NCBI GenBank assembly: GCA_022071975.1
Contig: JAJVIO010000052.1
Location: 38,548-102,547 of the forward strand
Origin: Planctomycetota bacterium
GTDB lineage: Bacteria; Planctomycetota; UBA8742; UBA2392
Length of the DNA: 64,000 nucleotides
Direction of reading: 5' to 3'
The notes beneath the pieces were generated by a model. That model did no database searches, was not told the DNA's origin, and was given only the letters and a program-made list of their open reading frames with translations. The position numbers were made by a program, and so were the translations under genes. Below, piece after piece: positions 60,045 through 64,000 of the stretch. The stretch's first letter is position 1, and each line of letters opens with the position of its first letter.

Positions 60045-61010
60045 TCAGCCAGCCAGGCGCGAGCCGCGCAGGCGTGCGCCCAGGCCCAGCGCTGCCAGCA
60101 TGCCGATCAGCAGCAGGCCCAGCCCCGGGGTGCCGCCCGTTGAGCAGCCTCCGTCATCGCCACCGCCGCCTCCTCCGCCGCCGGGCGCGCTGACCGAGAC
60201 GAAGCTGGGCATCACGATGGTCCACGCATAGAACTCTGTCGAGGCAAGGGTGGTGATGATCTTCAGGCGGATCGTGACCGGCCCGCTGCGCGCCGACGTC
60301 GTGAAGTTGCCCTCTTCCTCATAGCCCGTGCCGCTGTTCATGTTCAGCGTGCCCAGCAGGTTCTCCGTGCCGCCGCTCAGCACTTCGTACACCTCTACAG
60401 TGCCGTCCGCAAAGAACGACAGCCCCTGCACCCAGAACGTCGCGGCCTGCGCCATCGTGCCGAAGTCGCACACCACGTCGCGCGTGTAAGTACCGGCCGC
60501 GTTGGTTGTCGTCACGAAGCGCGCCGCGCGGTTGAAGAACACCGTGTAGCCGTCCTGGAACGGCCAGACGGCGCTGCCTGCCAGCACAATCGTGCCGGCC
60601 GTCAGCGTGCTGCATGCGAACGTGCCGGTAAACGGCGACGGCCCGTTGGCGGCGTCGGTCTCGACTTCCACGACAAACTGGTGCACGCCGGAATAGCTGG
60701 GCGTGGTCATGTTCAGCACCACCGGCGTGGTGCCGGCGTTTGATCCGCTGAGGACGCCGTTGGTGGTGCCGTTGGCGGCCAGTTCGTCCAGGTCGATCAG
60801 CGAAATGTCGATCCCCGACGTGCCGCTGGTCGCGCCGATGCTGACGTCAAGCGTCACGCTCTGCGGCGTGCTGCCGAAATCCACCTCGACCAGGTACATG
60901 AAACTGCGGTCGTCCGGCACAGTGCCGGAGAGGTTGATGGACGCCTGCGCAGACAGGCTGTTGCAGAGGATCACGGCCGACAACACGGCCGCCAGGCTGA
61001 AGAATCGCAT
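60045..61010 (-). CDS. secreted protein with Gly-rich linker and Cys-containing hydrophobic/Arg C-terminal tail (MYXO-CTERM-like sorting signal)
   Basis: Signal peptide MRFFSLAAVLSAVILCNSLSAQA; AGGAGATA RBS; C-terminus GGGGGGGGDDGGCSTGGTPGLGLLLIGMLAALGLGARLRGSR. The 294-aa upstream extension of the ORF-track frame is rejected. Confidence 0.65.
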   Translation of the reverse strand: MRFFSLAAVLSAVILCNSLSAQASINLSGTVPDDRSFMYLVEVDFGSTPQSVTLDVSIGATSGTSGIDISLIDLDELAANGTTNGVLSGSNAGTTPVVLNMTTPSYSGVHQFVVEVETDAANGPSPFTGTFACSTLTAGTIVLAGSAVWPFQDGYTVFFNRAARFVTTTNAAGTYTRDVVCDFGTMAQAATFWVQGLSFFADGTVEVYEVLSGGTENLLGTLNMNSGTGYEEEGNFTTSARSGPVTIRLKIITTLASTEFYAWTIVMPSFVSVSAPGGGGGGGGDDGGCSTGGTPGLGLLLIGMLAALGLGARLRGSRLAG

Positions 61011-61115
61011 GGGTATCTCCTGTTCACGGTTGGCCCGAAGAGTTTCCATGATATGCAGAGGCGCTACAGCATGCACGCATTTCACCGGTTTCCGGCCGCG
61101 TGCTAGGCTGCGCCC

Positions 61116-62318
61116 ATGTTCGCCGAGACCGCCTACCTGTTCCGCCATGCCGTGGTGCGCGATGCGGCCTATGGCCTGCAGCCGCCCTCGGAGCGCGCCG
61201 TCCTGCACGGCCTGGCGCTGGACATCCTGGAGGCGCTGCCCGGCATGAGCCCGGAGCCGATCGCACTTGAGCTGGCCCGCCACGCCCGCACCGCCCATGA
61301 AGGCGGCGTCGAGCCGGAGCGCTACGCTGCCGCAGAGCGCCGCTACCTGCGTATGGGAGGCGACTTCGCGCGCTTCAACTATGACTACCCGGCCGCGCTG
61401 GAGTCGATTCAGCGCCTGCACGGCCTGCTGGCCGACGACCTGCCCGCGCGCGCCATTGCCGCCGACATGCTGGCCGACGTGCTGCAGCGCCTGGGGCGCT
61501 GGACCGACTCGCTGCCGTGCTTTGAGGAAGTGCGCGCCCACGCGAGCAACCCCGAAATGGTGGGCCGCGCGCTGGTGCACCTGGCCTGGGCCGGCATCGA
61601 AGGCGGCGAGCCCGTGGACGAGCTGGTGACCGAAGGCCAGGCCATCGCCGAGAAGTGTGACAGCCACCGCCTGCGCATCGCCTTCATGATGGTGCGCGCG
61701 CACCGCATGGCCCACGACGGCGACCACGCCGCGGCCGCGCGCGAGATGCAGGGCGTGATCGACTACGCCGCGCGCACCAGCGACCTCGCGCAGCAGGTGG
61801 TCGGCCATGCCAACGCCGCCCAGTACGAGAGCGAAGCCGGCCACCCGCAGGCCGCCGAGGCTCATCTCGACGCGGCGGAGCGCCTGTGCCAATCACCGAA
61901 AATGCGGCATCACCGGGCGGCGATCGTGAAGGCGCGCGCCCAGGCGGCGATCCGTGGAGGCGACTTCACGACGGCGCTGCGGTTCGCGCGCGAGGCGGCC
62001 GCGATCGGCGCCGACACAGGCGGGCGTGGGCTGCTGGCGGGTTCACTGTGTGAGGCAGCCGTGGCGCTGACCGGCTTGCAACGCCACCTGGAGGCCTTCG
62101 AAACGCTGCAGCAGGCGCGAGAACTGATCGCCGAGACCGCCGACACGCTGCTGGCCGTGTCGTGGCTGCAGGCCTACGCGCGGCTGATGCGCGCCTGGGG
62201 TAAGACTTCGCAGGCCGTGCCGCTGTTCGAGGAAGGACTGCGCGAGCTGCAGGGGCGCGTGCCACAGCAGTCGATGGAAAGCCTGCACGCCGAACTTGCG
62301 AGCCTGCGCAGCGGCTAG
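61116..62318 (+). CDS. all-alpha TPR-like hypothetical protein (resembles the C-terminal sensor/TPR region of STAND/LuxR-type regulators; lacks an NTPase domain)
   Basis: 400 aa, Ala/Leu/Arg-rich helical repeats; no N-terminal ATPase motif. Confidence 0.45.
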   Translation: MFAETAYLFRHAVVRDAAYGLQPPSERAVLHGLALDILEALPGMSPEPIALELARHARTAHEGGVEPERYAAAERRYLRMGGDFARFNYDYPAALESIQRLHGLLADDLPARAIAADMLADVLQRLGRWTDSLPCFEEVRAHASNPEMVGRALVHLAWAGIEGGEPVDELVTEGQAIAEKCDSHRLRIAFMMVRAHRMAHDGDHAAAAREMQGVIDYAARTSDLAQQVVGHANAAQYESEAGHPQAAEAHLDAAERLCQSPKMRHHRAAIVKARAQAAIRGGDFTTALRFAREAAAIGADTGGRGLLAGSLCEAAVALTGLQRHLEAFETLQQARELIAETADTLLAVSWLQAYARLMRAWGKTSQAVPLFEEGLRELQGRVPQQSMESLHAELASLRSG

Positions 62319-62401
62319 CGATTTCGTGAGCCGCGCTTGCGGTTTCGTTTGCCGGTGCCGAATGCGTGGTTAACATCGAAGCCACGTCCCGGAGAGTCAC
62401 C

Positions 62402-64000
62402 GTGTCCAAGGGCCTCAAGTTGCCAATCCTGCTGCTGGCCTGCGGCGCGCTGGTCGTGGCGGGTTTTACCCACGAGCTGTGGCTGCCGTGGGTCAGCGGC
62501 AACTTCGGCGGCAACAAAGCCGGTGCCAACCACAGGCCGCTGACGGCGGTCCAGAACCCCACACTGGACGAAGACGCCTTGGACAGCGAGGGCGTGCACC
62601 GCGACGCGGCGCCATTAAGCGGAGGCGACCGGGAAGCCGAACGTGAAAGTACAGAACTGATCAGGGTGGACGGCGGCGAAGCCGGGGCGACCACCGGCGC
62701 TTCTGGTCCCAATGACGCCAATGCAGGCAAGGCGGGCGCGGGCAGTGACGTGGGCAAGCCCGCAGCCGGAAGCGGCGATGCTGCAAAGGAAACGCCGGCT
62801 GTGGAGCCCGAGCCTGAGCCGCAGCCGATCGAGACGGTGGAGGGCCAGCAGATCAACCCGAACATCGGCGGGGCGCTGGGTGAGGTCAGCAACGCCCGCA
62901 TCAAGGGCTGGCTACAGGACAAGTTCGAGCCCGAGGCCGCCCTGTACGTGGAAATCCTGATCGACGACAAACCGGCCTACGAGCTGCGGGCGGACAAACG
63001 CCAGCAGCACAAGACCCTCGGTGTGATCTGGTGGTTCGAGCAGGAGAACCCGGCCGAGCTGCAGGACGCCGAGAAGCACACCATCCGCGCGCTTGCCTTC
63101 CGCAAAGACCAGCACGGCAAGACCGAGCTGCGCGGCTCCCCGCGCGTGAAAACCGTCGGCAACTACCCGCGCGGCAAGCTGGAAGAAGCCACGCCCGAAA
63201 AGGGCATCAGCGGCTACGCATGGGACCCGGACTCGGCCGACAAGCCGGTCAAGCTGGTGGTGCGGATCGACGGCGAAACGGTCAGCGAACTCACGGCCAA
63301 CGGCAAGAACGAAGAGCTGAAGAAACGCAAAATCGCGCCGACGGAAACCTGCGCCTTCAGCCTGGCGTGGCCGGAAAGCCTCAACGACGGGCTTGAGCAC
63401 ACGGTGCAGGTGTTCGCCGTGGACAACGAGGCCGGCACCGAGCACGAGCTGGACGGCAGCCCGCGGGTGGTGGACTCGCGCAGCGGCCTCGCCAACGCCG
63501 CGCCTTTCGGCGGCTTCGACATCTGCAACAAGGTGGTGCTGGCCGGCTGGGCCTGGGACCCGGATGTCGCCACGGGCAGCATTGACGTCGAGATCTGGAT
63601 CGACAACGAGCTGTTCGCGCAGGTGCCCGCCAACAGCAAGCGCGACACCCTGCGCAACAGCAAGGTCACGCCCGATCCCTACCACGGCTTCGTGACCACC
63701 ACGCCCACGGCGTTGCTGGATGGCGCGACGCACACCGTCCGCGTTTACGCGCTGAACTACCCCAGCGGCGTGAAGGTCGAACTCGAAGGCTCGCCCAAGC
63801 AGTACCGCCTGGAGGAGAATACAGAGCCCATGGGCGGCTTCTGGGCCGCGGACGACAACACCCTGCGCGGCTGGGCCGCCGACCCGGACCTCAACACCGA
63901 GCCCTGCGAAATCGAGATCTACATCGATGGCAAGTTGTGGGAAAAGCGCAAGGCCGACCGCCACGAGAGCTGGCTGATCGGCAGCGGCTTCGCCCCGAAC
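62402..64000 (+). CDS. membrane-anchored repeat-domain protein, 3' partial (not in ORF track because no stop within window)
   Basis: GTG start; N-terminal TM (LPILLLACGALVVAGF); low-complexity Ala/Gly/Pro linker; then at least 4 tandem ~110-aa repeats with consensus GWAWDPD...(V/I)EIxIDG. The frame stays open to 64000 with good GC3; the antisense 62912-63964 ORF is a shadow frame. Confidence 0.6.
   Translation, partial: MSKGLKLPILLLACGALVVAGFTHELWLPWVSGNFGGNKAGANHRPLTAVQNPTLDEDALDSEGVHRDAAPLSGGDREAERESTELIRVDGGEAGATTGASGPNDANAGKAGAGSDVGKPAAGSGDAAKETPAVEPEPEPQPIETVEGQQINPNIGGALGEVSNARIKGWLQDKFEPEAALYVEILIDDKPAYELRADKRQQHKTLGVIWWFEQENPAELQDAEKHTIRALAFRKDQHGKTELRGSPRVKTVGNYPRGKLEEATPEKGISGYAWDPDSADKPVKLVVRIDGETVSELTANGKNEELKKRKIAPTETCAFSLAWPESLNDGLEHTVQVFAVDNEAGTEHELDGSPRVVDSRSGLANAAPFGGFDICNKVVLAGWAWDPDVATGSIDVEIWIDNELFAQVPANSKRDTLRNSKVTPDPYHGFVTTTPTALLDGATHTVRVYALNYPSGVKVELEGSPKQYRLEENTEPMGGFWAADDNTLRGWAADPDLNTEPCEIEIYIDGKLWEKRKADRHESWLIGSGFAPN

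Noticed and set aside
61011-61892. 294-aa upstream extension of the 60045-61892 ORF
   Set aside because: Gly/Ala/Val/His-rich, and it overlaps the 61116-62318 gene on the other strand. A signal peptide with an AGGAGATA RBS defines the real start at 61010.
62912-63964. 350-aa minus-strand ORF
   Set aside because: Shadow frame of the unlisted plus-strand repeat-protein gene starting at 62402.

Overview
High-GC (~68%) bacterial chromosomal window. It carries a complete rRNA operon (16S, tRNA-Ile(GAT), tRNA-Ala(TGC), 23S, 5S) at about 29.3-35.5 kb, flanked by mostly housekeeping and membrane-protein genes. Recognisable genes include: an S41/PDZ peptidase homolog, a CPBP protease, an MBOAT_2 acyltransferase, a GbsR-type regulator, pepF, a DMT transporter, radA, ribD, an MFS transporter, an LRR protein, a CaCA antiporter, thyX, an ACC-deaminase-family PLP enzyme, a bifunctional aldolase/SDR, apt, an FMN reductase, pirin, SDRs, two Ser/Thr kinases, moaA, queF, a DUF4445 2Fe-2S/ASKHA protein, an AddAB-type helicase-nuclease pair, a MATE transporter, a sugar epimerase, thrS, two IS200-like RAYT transposases, and a SplB-like radical SAM protein. 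Eukaryote-like kinases and a secreted protein with a MYXO-CTERM-like tail suggest a Myxococcota-like or related lineage, but this is a low-confidence guess. The non-coding fraction is unusually structured. It contains several distinct short-repeat families: GGGGACAGTCCCC palindromes, including a 147-bp inverted-repeat element sitting in-frame inside the MFS gene; a 168-bp CTAGAG-terminated MITE; REP modules around the transposases; and many intergenic hairpins whose arms are built from tandem 7-9 bp units. The most striking observation is a ~400-bp repeat present on both sides of a small lipoprotein gene, in which a ~150-bp internal segment bounded by GGGTAGCC/GGCTACCC lies in opposite orientation in the two copies. 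A GbsR-regulated membrane locus (two small TM proteins, an MBOAT_2 acyltransferase, a CPBP protease and a 10-TM protein) with matching palindromic operators looks like an uncharacterised envelope-modification system. Coordinates for non-ORF features were read by eye from the numbered lines and may be off by 1-2 nt.
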